In this document: positions 51,033 through 63,290 of the stretch, piece by piece | How positions within the stretch are numbered: the first letter of the stretch is position 1 | How the letters are laid out: each line of letters begins with the position of its first letter | DNA from: Octopus sinensis | Taxonomy: Eukaryota | Reading direction: 5' to 3' | DNA length: 64,000 nucleotides | Assembly: GCF_006345805.1 (NCBI RefSeq) | Contig: NC_043024.1 | Span: 13,578,001-13,642,000, forward strand | Made by a program: the position numbers and the translations under genes | The notes under the pieces: generated by a model | Seen by the model: the letters and a program-made list of their open reading frames with translations, nothing else | Database searches by the model: none | Told to the model about the DNA's origin: nothing

Positions 51033-51949
51033 TATAGTAATAAAAATAATGGCGGTACGTGTATGATGGATGATAATGCTGCTGTGGATTAGACAGATAA
51101 CGACAACGATGATGATGGTGGTTGTGCTGATGGTGGTTGTATTGATGGGGGTTGTTGTGGTGGTAATGGTGGTGGTGGTGATTGTGATGGTGGTGGTGGT
51201 GGCGCTGATAATGATTGTGTGTTTGATGATGACGGTTGTCATGATGATGGAGATGACAATGAAGAAATGATGGGCCTAAAGCATGGAATGGTAGAATGTG
51301 AAGGGCATTTGAATTGTTGCGAACGTGGAAACGAAGCAGAAACTTTCAGAATGAAGAAAGGTACCACAAAGAAAAAAATAGATAAATAAAAACACACAGC
51401 AATGGAGAATTTTCTGAAAACCCCCAAAAAAAGAAAGAAAAGGGAAAAAATACATCTCGATCCGGAACTAGATTCTCGAAACACTTGTTCGCACAGCGAA
51501 GACGTTTTCGAAACATCTCATGACAGAATTAACGATTCCATACAATATGGAATAATGAAAATGGGAAGTTCTTTGGAATGCTATCATAATGATTCAATAT
51601 TGTCCATATTCCCTACTTATTTTATCTTCGCCCGAAGCAGCTGTCACTTGCGTGGAATATTGTAGCAGCCAGGTAGGTTTCGGTGTATATCCCTGCATGT
51701 ATATGTCTGCGCAATCATACACACAGACACATGCATACGTTCATAAACACACTGACATAGATACATGCACACATATGTCCATATACTTACACACAGACAT
51801 ATACATATGTACATATATCTATTGGTCTATACATGAATATACAGGCACACATGTATAAAGATATTGGATGTACATATGTTTGAATCATGTTTCTGAATAT
51901 GTGCGTTGTATACACAGACTTGTCAGTCCCTTATACCTCCTCTCATTCT

Positions 51950-51971
51950 CTGTATATATATATATATATAT

Positions 51972-52039
<68 letters not shown>

Positions 52040-52198
52040 ATATAATATGTATATATATATGTATATATATATATTATATATATATGTATAAATATATATA
52101 TATGTTATATATATATATATATATATGTATAAAATTATATATATGTATATATATATCTATATATATATATATATATAGTATAAATATATATATATGTG

Positions 52199-52230
<32 letters not shown>

Positions 52231-52476
52231 GATAGATATATAATATATGTATACATATGTATATACATATATATAAACTTATATACACATACACATATAT
52301 ATACATATGCATATATACATATTTAAATATATATATGCATATATAAATAACTATATATAGTATATATATATATATCTGTATATATATATATATATATATA
52401 TACATACATTATAGATACATATATATATATGTGTATATATATATGTATATATTATATGTATGTATGTGTGTGTGTA

Positions 52477-52508
<32 letters not shown>

Positions 52509-52510
52509 GT
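51950..52510. repeat. degenerate (TA)n/(TG)n field
   Basis: Directly visible. Similar fields occur at 8300-8690, 12360-12780, 13150-13660, 21920-22140 and 33500-33840. Confidence 0.95.
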
Positions 52511-52910
52511 GTGTGTAGACACTTCCACTTTTATACGAATCTGTGTATGTTCCCTCTTACATACATTCGTTTTTCTGTTTGTGCTCGACTGAAATACCGA
52601 TATCCGCGCTAAATAGCTTCCACTTAGTTTAAATCTCGTTAATTCCTGCCATAAACCAGCGTTCACTATACACGTTTAATGGGTTGCGTAAATGACAGCC
52701 TCTCTTTACAAATGCCAGCAACATATCACACTAACGTTCACATAAGATGTACTGCTGGAGCAATTTTATAACATGAATGACACGAATCTAGTGAAATTTC
52801 ATTCATGGAGACCATCTTTTCAGATATATTATTGGGGAATGTAACTATAGGAAAAATAATAAGATGATGATGGTGAGATGGAAGATGATAATGATGGCAA
52901 AACGTTGCAT

Positions 52911-52943
<33 letters not shown>

Positions 52944-52970
52944 TATATATCTATATATATATATATGTAT

Positions 52971-53320
52971 AGGCGCACGAGTGGCTGTGTGGTAAAAAAG
53001 CTTACTTCCAAAAGACAGGGTTATGGGTTCAGTTCCATTGAGTGGCACCTTGGACAAGTGTCTTCTGTTATAACCTCGGGCTGTGGGTGGATTTGTTGGA
53101 CAGAAACAGAACGAAACCCGACGTGTGCATATATATATGTGTGTATATATACATACATGTGTGTGTATTTATGTGTGCGTGTCTGTGTTGGTTCCCTCGC
53201 CCTCACAACTGATGTTGGTGTACTTACGTCCCAATAATATTGCGGTTCGGCAAAAGGGACTGACAGAATAAGTACTGGGCTTACAAAAATAAGTCCTGGG
53301 ATCGATTTGTTCGACCATTA
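52971..53320 (+). mobile_element. SINE family B, near full length
   Basis: Head, GGCACCTTGGACAAGTGTCTTC core, 3' region. Confidence 0.85.
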
Positions 53321-53589
53321 AACAACACCACACCACACCACCATGCCTCACCACACCGCACCATATCGCGCCACCCCGCACACAGAAGCACTGGCCACTT
53401 ACCAGCACATACACCATCACCGCCTCACCGACACATGCCCACACGCCCCCGTCAATGTCACCAGCCCCTTTCCACACACACATACACGCTCTCACATACA
53501 TACGCCTGCTCACCTTCGTTTTGGGATCACCATTACATTATTATCTCCCCTTCTTCTTAGTGTGACCCTCTGTCTGGGATTCGCCATGA

Positions 53590-53746
53590 TCGATCGCTAG
53601 CTACGAAACCTTTTCCATTTTCTCTCCCTCGTTATTTCTAGTGTGCCTTTCTGCTGAAAAGAGTAGGCTCGAAACGTAAAATACTTTCTCACTTCACAAG
53701 AATTAAACTAATATATCTGTTTGTTGTTTACACACCCGTCGTCGTC

Positions 53747-53757
<11 letters not shown>
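53590..53757 (+). mobile_element. repeat family G (Penelope-like terminal repeat)
   Basis: Homologous to 14910-15032 and 46011-46180; followed directly by (TA)n. Confidence 0.6.
53647..53682 (+). ncRNA. minimal hammerhead variant (CUGCUGA core)
   Basis: CTTT-CTGCTGA-AAA-GAG-TAGG-CTC-GAAA-CG-TA-AAAT: stem II GAG/CTC, palindromic ACGT stem III, GUA triplet. Confidence 0.5.
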
Positions 53758-53779
<22 letters not shown>

Positions 53780-53907
53780 CAGAGGTTCATGTATGTATAC
53801 ATGTATTTGTCCTTGGGCAACTCTTAGACACGTGAAGACTTGTTACTTTTCGGTTGTAACTTGCGAACTGCTACCTTAATAATGTTAATAATACACATGT
53901 ATGTGAT

Positions 53908-53964
<57 letters not shown>

Positions 53965-54834
53965 GCAAGTCTAATGCCATCATGTAAATGTGTATATGAG
54001 TCTTTGTAATATATGCTTGCCCTACCGCCATTGCTTTACAACTTTGGTTTGTTAGGTACCTGTAACTTAGCACTTCGACCAAAGAAAAGCGACATACGAT
54101 GTAACGGACTTAGGAAATGCATAATGGGGTTGATGTGCTTCTGTAAAATCACGTAAGGTGTTAACTCGTCATGGCCGCAGCCCGATCCTTGCAATTAAGG
54201 AAAAATAAGAGATTAGAAAATGTTAGAGTAGTACATCCAAATATACAGGATGTTCACATGTGGAACGCCGTCTCTGTTAGAAAGCAATTTTCTTGAGAGA
54301 AGCAAAATGGCTGACAAAGAGGATGAAGTTGAAGTAGTCCAGTTATCTCCCGTTGCTATGGAAGATTTCTAAATTAACTCGGTAGATTAACATTTCCTTT
54401 CATCCAATTGCCGATGGTTCGATAATAAAATAAACACATCAGCACTTAACCATCCCCCATCAACACTCCATCACCATTCCACCCACGACCATCCCCACTT
54501 ACCTACTTATTGCACAATGCTGGCCCCTTATGTCATTGATGATTCGCTAATATTGGCAAATGGCCATCCGTTCTATTGTGATCAATCAAATCCAAACAGA
54601 TTTTCGTTCAGATTTGTTAGTAAATCCAATGAAAAAGGTGCCGAAAGCCTTACATCCAATAACTGCACTTAGAATTCACAGTGAAATCCTCTCCTCCACT
54701 CCCAGCGGCTTTTAAAACCAAATGTTTAACACCACCCCTTTCAGACGGGAAGCAACACAATCCTCACCTTTGAACTCACAAGAATCAGTAATGGGAAACT
54801 AAGTAGGATGTTAGGATGTACGTGTCGCTTTCTA

Positions 54835-55040
54835 TGTATGTATGTATGTATGTATGTATGTATGTATGTATGTATGTATGTATGTATGTATGTATGTATG
54901 TGTGTGTATGTATGTATGTATGTATGTATGTATGTTTGTATGTATGTATGTTTGTATGTATTTATGTATGTATGTATGTATGTATATTTGTATGTATGTA
55001 TGTATATATGCATTCACGTATGTATGTATGTATGTATGAA
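54835..55040. repeat. (ATGT)n microsatellite
   Basis: Directly visible. Confidence 0.95.
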
Positions 55041-55446
55041 TGTATAGATGAATGCATGTGTGGGTTTATGTATTGGAATGTATGGATGTGGATATATATA
55101 TATATATATAGATAGATAGATACATAGAGATATATGTGTGTGTATATATATATATATGTATATATATGTCTGTGTTTGTTAATGTGCATATGTGTGTATA
55201 CATCTAGTCAAGCATACAAGCATATATGCTATGTATGCGTATGTTATGATTCACGCAAATGCATATATTTATATATATGTGTGTGTATGCACAGTTACAT
55301 GTATATATATACATGCAAGCACACATGCATATGAGCATATATATAGATATATACGTGTTTAGATATAAACTTAAGTACATATAAAGACACACAAATCCTC
55401 GGACATACACTCATCTCCATATACAGCTACACACACATAAGCATAT

Positions 55447-55526
<80 letters not shown>

Positions 55527-56457
55527 ATATATATACACACACTTACTGAATGTAATTACCGGGGTCCAGCGTATATCGATTATATCCAATCCCGTTTGCC
55601 TTTTAAGTGCAATTTGACAGCTTCTTACGACAGCTTCGCCATTCCCATACGAATTTTCAATTTAGTCACATAGGTTTTAAACGACGCACAGCAAAAATTC
55701 AAAATAATCTACGCCTATATCTAATATCGGTAATGGCTTAGACCGTTTACAGTTATAAAACTTGCATTTGACGAAAGAGAAAGACAAATTAAAACAAAAT
55801 GCATTGATGAGGAGATAGCTATGAGACTGCCGAAACTAAGATGGCGAAAATTAACAGCGTTTTCGACAGCTATTATACTAATGGCTTCAATGAACTTGCC
55901 ATCAAGTTATTACCTATTATGTCCGTACATACAACAACGTCGTGTAGTTTGATGGAGTAATAAGGTAGGTAAAGTTGGAGATTTTGAGAATAAATAAAGA
56001 TATTCGTAGCTTTGTTTAGTTTCTTTCCGTTTTCTAAACCTTGGATCAAAATTTATTTCCATTAACATCAATCTGGTGTCTTGAGTTTACATTAAAATAT
56101 ATTTCAGTCCAAACGTTCGGCAATCACTTTATTTCTCTTCTCTGTTGTTCTCTTTCTTTCCCTAGCTTGTAACTCCCACTGGAAATGTAGTGGTGGTTGT
56201 GGTGGCGGTAGTGGTGATAGTGTTGGGGTATCGATTAACGGCTTTCCTTTTCGTCATGAAATGTTCTGGGGAAGATTTTCGTCACTACGTTTGACTAAAG
56301 TCGATTTATTTCAGAGAAAACGAGAAAGTGAAAGAGAGTGGAAGAATTAGAAGCAGAAGTAGGAGCAGAATAAAAATAAAAAGGAGGTAGATAGAAAAGA
56401 TGAGGAGAGAAAGAACCACCCATGGTACTATACGGGTATTTTATTATAAAAACGCAA

Positions 56458-56639
56458 TAAGGCGGCGAGCTGGCAGAAAAGTTAGCACGCCGGGCGAAAT
56501 GCTTTGCAGTATTTCATCCTTTCGGGGTCGATAAATTAAGTACCAGTTACGCATTGGGGTTGATATAATCGAATTAATCCGTTTGTCTGTCCTTGTTTGT
56601 CCCCTCTTTGTTTAGTCCCTTGTGGGCAGTAAAGAAATA
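56458..56639 (+). mobile_element. SINE family A with internal deletion
   Basis: 16-bp TSD TATTATAAAAACGCAA at 56442-56457 and 56640-56655. Confidence 0.9.
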
Positions 56640-57299
56640 TATTATAAAAACGCAAATTTATGCTCGGTGGGATTTAGAAGCCTCATGGTCAATACCACTC
56701 CTCCTGTGACCATCCCGTCTTTTTCTTCGATGCAAGTAACTCAAAGTCCCATTAACCAGCATGCCCTCTCATAAAACTGTTAGATGCGTGTTGAAAGAGA
56801 TCGGACTGCTGTTTCTAGCACTTTGAAAAACTATATATATATTTTCTTGTTTATTATATATTTCTTTACTACCCACAAGGGGCTAAACATAGAGGGGACA
56901 AACAAGGACAGACAAAGGGATTAAGATTGATTGCCCCCTAAATTGTGTAACTTGCTGTAGAGACATCGATATTCGGGGATTTGCTCAATAGAATCCATCA
57001 AAGAAATGGTTTGCAACGTTTAGCTGTGTCACTTTAGGTACCGAGTTCAAATCCGGCCAGCGTGGTCTTTTCTTTTTCTTTTCTTTTATTCTTTTTTTTT
57101 TGCTTTGTTTACGGGGTTGTTAAAATTCAATATCTGTCTTTCACTGGGCATGTAAAATGAATTAAAACAGTCACTAGCAAAATAATCGATTTGACATCTA
57201 TGATAGAAATCATTGTTCTCATCAATCACGATCGGAGTCTGTCAAAATATTAAAAAAAATTAGTGATATGACAAACTAAATAATTAATGCAGGTTAAAA

Positions 57300-57745
57300 T
57301 TTTGACACAAAGCCAGCAATTTCGGTTGAGGTGGCGGGGAGTTAGTCGATTACATTAATATTAGTATTCAACTGGTACTTCTTCGGTTATGAAAGGATGA
57401 AAAACAAAGTCGACCTCTGTGGAGTTTGAATTCAGAATCATAAAGACGAACTATATGCCGTTAAGCATTTTGTCCGGCGTGCAAACAATTACACCAGCTC
57501 ACCGCCTTAAACCAATACCTCGTAGTGGTTTTAAATTTTAGTACAAGACCAGAAATTTAAGAGATGGGGCCCATCGATCACATCGACCGAAGTGCTCAGA
57601 TGGTATTTATTTTATTGATTTTTATCAATCCAGAAAGGATGGAAGGAGAGGTTGAACTAAGTGGAATTTGAACTTAAAAGGTAAATACGGACGAGATGCC
57701 CCTAACCATTTCGTCCGGTGTGCTAACCTTTCTGCCAGCTCGACC
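57300..57745 (-). mobile_element. two older family A SINEs with the alternative tail
   Basis: Family A head and core joined to a GCCAGCAATTT...-type tail instead of the standard tail. Confidence 0.75.
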
Positions 57746-58509
57746 CTTTGGGCAAAATAATGTTAATAACGATCGCATTTATAGATTAAGTGAGTTGGAT
57801 ATCATATTCTACGGTATTTGTTTCAATTCCCTATGTCCGGGTTTCGAATTTTAGATCAGGTAATCTTTCATTCTTTCGGCATCAATGAATAAAGCATCAA
57901 TTTCAGGTTGATAATCAGACGCATTCTTAAAGTACCTGACAAGCTAAGTTGCGGCTATCGGTCCTAGACGCACGTGTAGTGAGTTCAAACACCTGAAATC
58001 ACGATCATATTTTTGGTGAGGAAATGTCACTATAAGGCGGAGGACCTGAATTTCAAAGTGGATGTCGTGTCAATTGAATCAATATCTCGGTGACAACAAA
58101 AAGCAAAATGAGGGAGTCGCTGTGCACTGAAAAGGGAGAAAAACTATGAAACATCGGATGATTGATTTGAAATCCCAGCTGAACAGAATATGGGCTATTT
58201 TGTTTTTGTTTACATTAGTCTGTGAGAAGTTGGGAGTTGGCAGCAACCGCTACAGGCATACGAACTGACATAGAAACATTCGTTTGTCTTTACGTTCTGA
58301 TTTCAAATACTACTGAAGTCAGCTTTGCCTTTAATTGTGTGGCGATCAATAAAGCAAGTACCCCATCAGGCCCGGTGCCTAAAGCAGAAAGAATTCATCA
58401 GTATGTGATCGATAAACTTATTACTGGAGTTGGGGAGCATCACTCAATACACCTTTATAAACCTGTCTGCTGCTACCTTAGAAATATGGTAATCTTTTGT
58501 TAAATGAAT

Positions 58510-58850
58510 ATTGATTTCAAATTTCGGTACAAGGTCATAAATTTCAGCCAAGACAGTAAGTTAATTACGGTAAACCCAGTGCTTAACTGGTACTTTGTTT
58601 TATCAACCCTGAAAGAGGAGACGAAATGGAAAGCCACCTCGGCGGAGTTTGATTTCACTGTAGACGAAATACCTATTACTTTACTACGCACAAGGGGACA
58701 AACAAGGACAGACAAACGGATTAAGTCGATTATATCGATCCCAGTGCGTAATTGGTGCTTAATATATCGACCCCGAAAGGATGAAAGGCAAAGTCGACCT
58801 CGGCGGAATTTGAACTCAGACGTAACGGCAGACGAAATACCGGTTAGTAT
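58510..58850 (-). mobile_element. family A SINE dimer
   Basis: Junction GTAGACGAAATACCTATT at ~58660-58678. Confidence 0.8.
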
Positions 58851-60543
58851 ATTGTACGAAGTGCTCACGATCCTGTCAGCTCTTCGTCTAACTTTGACAA
58901 ATGAATATTATTCATCATTTGTTGTGTATGGGGGAAATCAGTGAAAAGAAACAAGATATCATCGGGTAAATGGTTACAACCCTTACGTTCTGAGTTCGAC
59001 TCGTGCCAGGACAGGTTTTGAATTGGAGTGTGTGTGTTTGTCTGTTAACGCCGCTTGGTAACTGGTGTTGCTTTATTTACGTCCCCATAACTTAGTAGTT
59101 TAGCATAACAGTTCGTTGGAATAAGTACCCTGCTTTTAATATATAAGTATTGAGTGGAATACATTTGCCCGACTCAAACCCTTCGACGGCCGCAGTTCAA
59201 TGACTGACGCAGATAAAAGACGAGCACAAAATATCGATTTCGCTTAGAACACATTAGTTGCCGTAGTTATATAACAAGTAATTACAATTCATGTTTTTTT
59301 TGGTTAAAAATCTTGTCTTTCTTGTTCTGTTTAGACCAAAGACTCATTCGTAGCAGTCACTTCATATTTCATATTTATTTAAAGATTTCTTCGCCATATT
59401 TCACAACGTTCGTAGAAAAATGACAAAAGCTCATTAATTATAATCGCTATTAAACTTTCTCTGGAAGAATCTCAGAGATTTTCTTAATGTACACTATCAT
59501 GATAAATCATCGTTTAGAGAAGTGAAGAATATCCCAGAAAATGCCAACGGAAAATATCTGTCTAATCAATTATGTGTCGTTTACTGTGGTCATTAGTGTC
59601 TGATTAGTTCAGAAAAGTAATTAGGAGGGGTCAAATCTCGATTATAATTTTCAAATGTTTAAGCCGCTCTTACCATCTGCTTCGTTACATTTCTATCTAA
59701 CTTTTACAAATTGAACAGAAACCGTACACATCTCCAATACATTTTCCTGAAGGCGATTTTTACTATTTCCCATCTGTTCACTAATAAATGTCTTTATGAT
59801 ATGAATATAACTTTTAATCACCTATCTATTAGATATGTTCTTATTTATAAAACGCCTCTCGCCAACATTTTATTAAAGAGTCGCCGAGATATAAGTTTGA
59901 AATATAGATCAACGCCAACGTCCAGACTTCAGGTTAGACTTATATTTCCCTGATTTGTGAGACGTATCACGCATTTGCTATTTGCAACTAAACGGCTGAC
60001 CACGCTTTTCTGCATTTCTAAAATAGATTGCCCTCGTGGGCGACATTGTCCTTCCTTTCATATGCATTATCTCGCTTCGTAGGTATGTCTGTTCTCATTG
60101 ATTTATAGGTCCAGCGATGGGTGAGTTGACAAATATTACTAGTCACGTATGGGTGTGAAGGTGCGTCGGGTAGCAGTCAGGGTGTTGCACCCGTGATCGT
60201 GATATCGTGATTTCGATTCCTGGACCGGTTTGTGGTTTATGCCCTTCATTTCACGCACTTCATTTTATGTTTTCTTGAGATTAATTTGGAATTTGACGCT
60301 TAGCACATCCACAGAGCACCTGTCCAGTTTCTGTCAATTTTATGGGATGAGTGATCTAATGTACAGCATAAAATGTTGACCCCTATAAGAGAATCATCTC
60401 TACGCATCGTACAACATGTTGTGGAACCCTGATCTGTCTTTTGCAACAGGACAGTCCGCAACATTTCACATACAAATATTAAGATCGGATTACTGAATCT
60501 CCCTTTCTTTGTGATACACGTCGCTGTCAAATATATATACTTC

Positions 60544-60939
60544 CTCCCTCGGGAGGCGCAATGGCCCAGTGGTTAGGGCAGCGGACTCGCGGTCATAGGG
60601 TCGTGGTTTCGATTCCCAGACCGGGCGTTGTGAGTGTTTATTGAGCAAAAACACCTAAAAGCTCCACGAGGCTCCGCCAGGGGATGGTGGTGATCCCTGC
60701 TGTACTCTTTCACCACAACTTTCTCTCACTCTTACTTCCTGTTTCTGCTGTACCTGTATTTCAAAGGGGCGGCCTTGTCAGTCTTTGTGTCACGCTGAAT
60801 ATCCCCGAGAACTACGTTAAGGGTGCACGTGTCTGTGGAGTGCTCAGCCACTTACATGTTAATTTCACGAGCAGGCTGTTCCGTTGATTCGGATCAACCG
60901 GAACCCTCGTCCTCGTAACCGACGGAGTGCTTCCATCCA
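60544..60939 (+). mobile_element. SINE family D, full length, flanked by ~213-bp direct repeats
   Basis: tRNA head GGAGGCGCAATGGCCCAGTGG...GGTTTCGATTCCC, tail ...GACGGAGTGCTTCCATCCA. Flanking repeats at 60332-60543 and 60947-61161. Confidence 0.92.
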
Positions 60940-61764
60940 CAGGTAATGCCAATTTTATGGGATGAGTGATCTAATGTATAGCATAAACGTTTGACCCCAA
61001 AAAGCAAATCATCTGTACGCCTCGTTTAACAAGATATTGTGGAACCCTGATCTGTCTTTTGCCACAGGACAGTCCACAACATTTCACATAGAAATATTAA
61101 GATCGGATTACTGAATCACGCCTTCTTTCTGATACACATCGCTGTCAAATATATATACTTCTTCACTAAATTTGAAATTTTAGTAACCATTAATTCATCT
61201 TCACTGAAGGGAAGACGGTCAGAAGAAATGCATTTGAGTTCATCGAGTTTGCTAGTTACATCATAGCCATGCATTTGTAGGTTTCTTAACCTGTTCGCAC
61301 ATTTTGATTAGCAGTTTTAAAGCTGAACTCATATTAAAAGCTGTGTTTCCATATATATGGTTATAGTCGTATAGATAAACTTAAATGCCGAACCGTGTCT
61401 ACGATCACGTTTACATTACACTTGGTTACAAAAGCTACAATCAATTATCGTAAACACTACCAATGTTTTGCTTGTGAGCCATAATATCGCTTCGATTTAA
61501 ATGTAAAATTGCTTCGATTTAAATGTAAAATCTTTGCTTTTAAAATAATAAATTCAGTTTGACATGAAAACGTAGTTCGATAAATGTGTTTACAGTTGTC
61601 TCAATCAGCAGTTCCGTTCATCTCCGTTTAGAAATTCTTTAAACTACAAAGTCAAAGAGGTAGATTTTATTGGGAATTCGATTTGCTAACATTAATAGCT
61701 AAACATTCCTCGTTTTATGCTCCAGTGTCTCATAAACGAAGGAAATATACTTGTCTACTCCAGG

Positions 61765-62049
61765 TACAAGACATGAAATTTTGGAGGAGGGGGCCAGACG
61801 ATTAGATTGACCCAAGTACGCAACTGGTAGTTAATTTATCGACCCGAGTGCGTAACTGGTGCTTATTTAATCGACCCCGAAAGGATGAAAGGCAAATTCG
61901 ACCTCGGCGGAATTTGAACCTTAATTATTGATCGAAATTCACTGAAGTATAAAGGATCGAATAGCGCCTAATATAAATACACACTCATGTGTGTACCTGT
62001 ATCTCTGTCTGAGTATGTGTATATATATATGTGTGTGTGTGTGTGTATG

Positions 62050-62096
<47 letters not shown>

Positions 62097-62415
62097 CATC
62101 ATTAAACAGATATGTATATTTCTTATTTCTTTACTGCCCACAAGGGGCTAAACATAGAGGGGACAGAAGAAATACCTATTTCTTTACTACCCACAAGGGG
62201 CTAAACACAGAGGGGATGAAGAAGGACAGACAAACGAATTAAGTTGATTATATCGACCCCATTGCGTAAGTACCCCATTGGTACTTAATTTATCGATCTC
62301 GAAAGAATGAAAGGCAAAGTCGACCTCGGCGGAATTTGAACTCAGAACGTAACGGTAGACGAAATACAGCTAAGCATTTCGCCCGGCGTGCTAACGTTTC
62401 TGCAATCTCGCCGCC
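61765..62415 (-). mobile_element. family A SINE fragments and multimer around a TA tract
   Basis: Cores at 61860-61920 and 62280-62415; junction at ~62165-62190. Confidence 0.82.
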
Positions 62416-62730
62416 ATTGCGATATGTATATTTCTTCCCGTCACTGTTAATGTTGCCGAGAACAGTTCATAGAGTAGGCACGATATTCCACGAAACTCTC
62501 AGCGTTAGAGTGTCTTATGCAGCATCAAAATTCATATATGTATCGTTTGTCTGGCTATGGTCATGCTGGAGCACCGCCTGACCGGATTCTATTCAAATGA
62601 ATCGATCTTAGTGCATTGTTTTAAAATCTGCTCGATATGCTGTCTGTTTCTTTGGCCGAAGAACATAGACAAACCAACGCAGGCTCTCAAGGGATGATGG
62701 TAGTGAACAGGGAGGAACACAGGTACAAAG

Positions 62731-62792
<62 letters not shown>

Positions 62793-62919
62793 ACACACAC
62801 ACACACTTATATATATGTATATATGTATAATAATACTGTATTTCTTCCACATCCTCGCGTTGTGTTTTTTTTGTGCTTTCTTGTTTGGATTAACTTTATA
62901 TATATATATATATATGAGA

Positions 62920-63075
62920 CAGGCTTCATTTAGTTTCCGTCCACCAAATCTACTCACAAGGATTTGGCCGGGTCCGGTTTATATTAGAAGATACATGCCT
63001 AAGGTACTATTTAGTGGGACTGAACTTAGACTCCTGTCGTTGGGAAGGGAGTTGTTACCACACAAACACACGGCA
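62920..63075 (-). mobile_element. SINE family B 5' half
   Basis: Reverse complement of the head and core (GTGGGACTGAAC; CTCACAAGG). Confidence 0.75.
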
Positions 63076-63238
63076 ATGTATTCTATTTACATAGAACTAC
63101 ACTTAATCACAAACAAACCACACAACTTAAGATGCAACTCCCACCACGCGTCACATAAACGTATATACGACTACACTCGTACATATAAACACACATGCAC
63201 ACGCAACAGTACATACAGACACACACACTCATACAAAG

Positions 63239-63290
<52 letters not shown>

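Noticed and set aside
53828-53875. GTGAAGA..GTTAC/GTAAC..GAAC motif
   Set aside because: Both core halves are mutated and there is no stem I; at best a remote relic.
56165-56350. Strong plus-strand acceptor followed by a ~60-codon open frame
   Set aside because: The pyrimidine tract and GGT-rich frame are simple-sequence-like, with no convincing donor or recognisable product.
58504-58944. 146-aa ORF and related RPRKDERQSRPRRNLNSE peptides at several loci
   Set aside because: Antisense reading of the family A SINE; non-coding.
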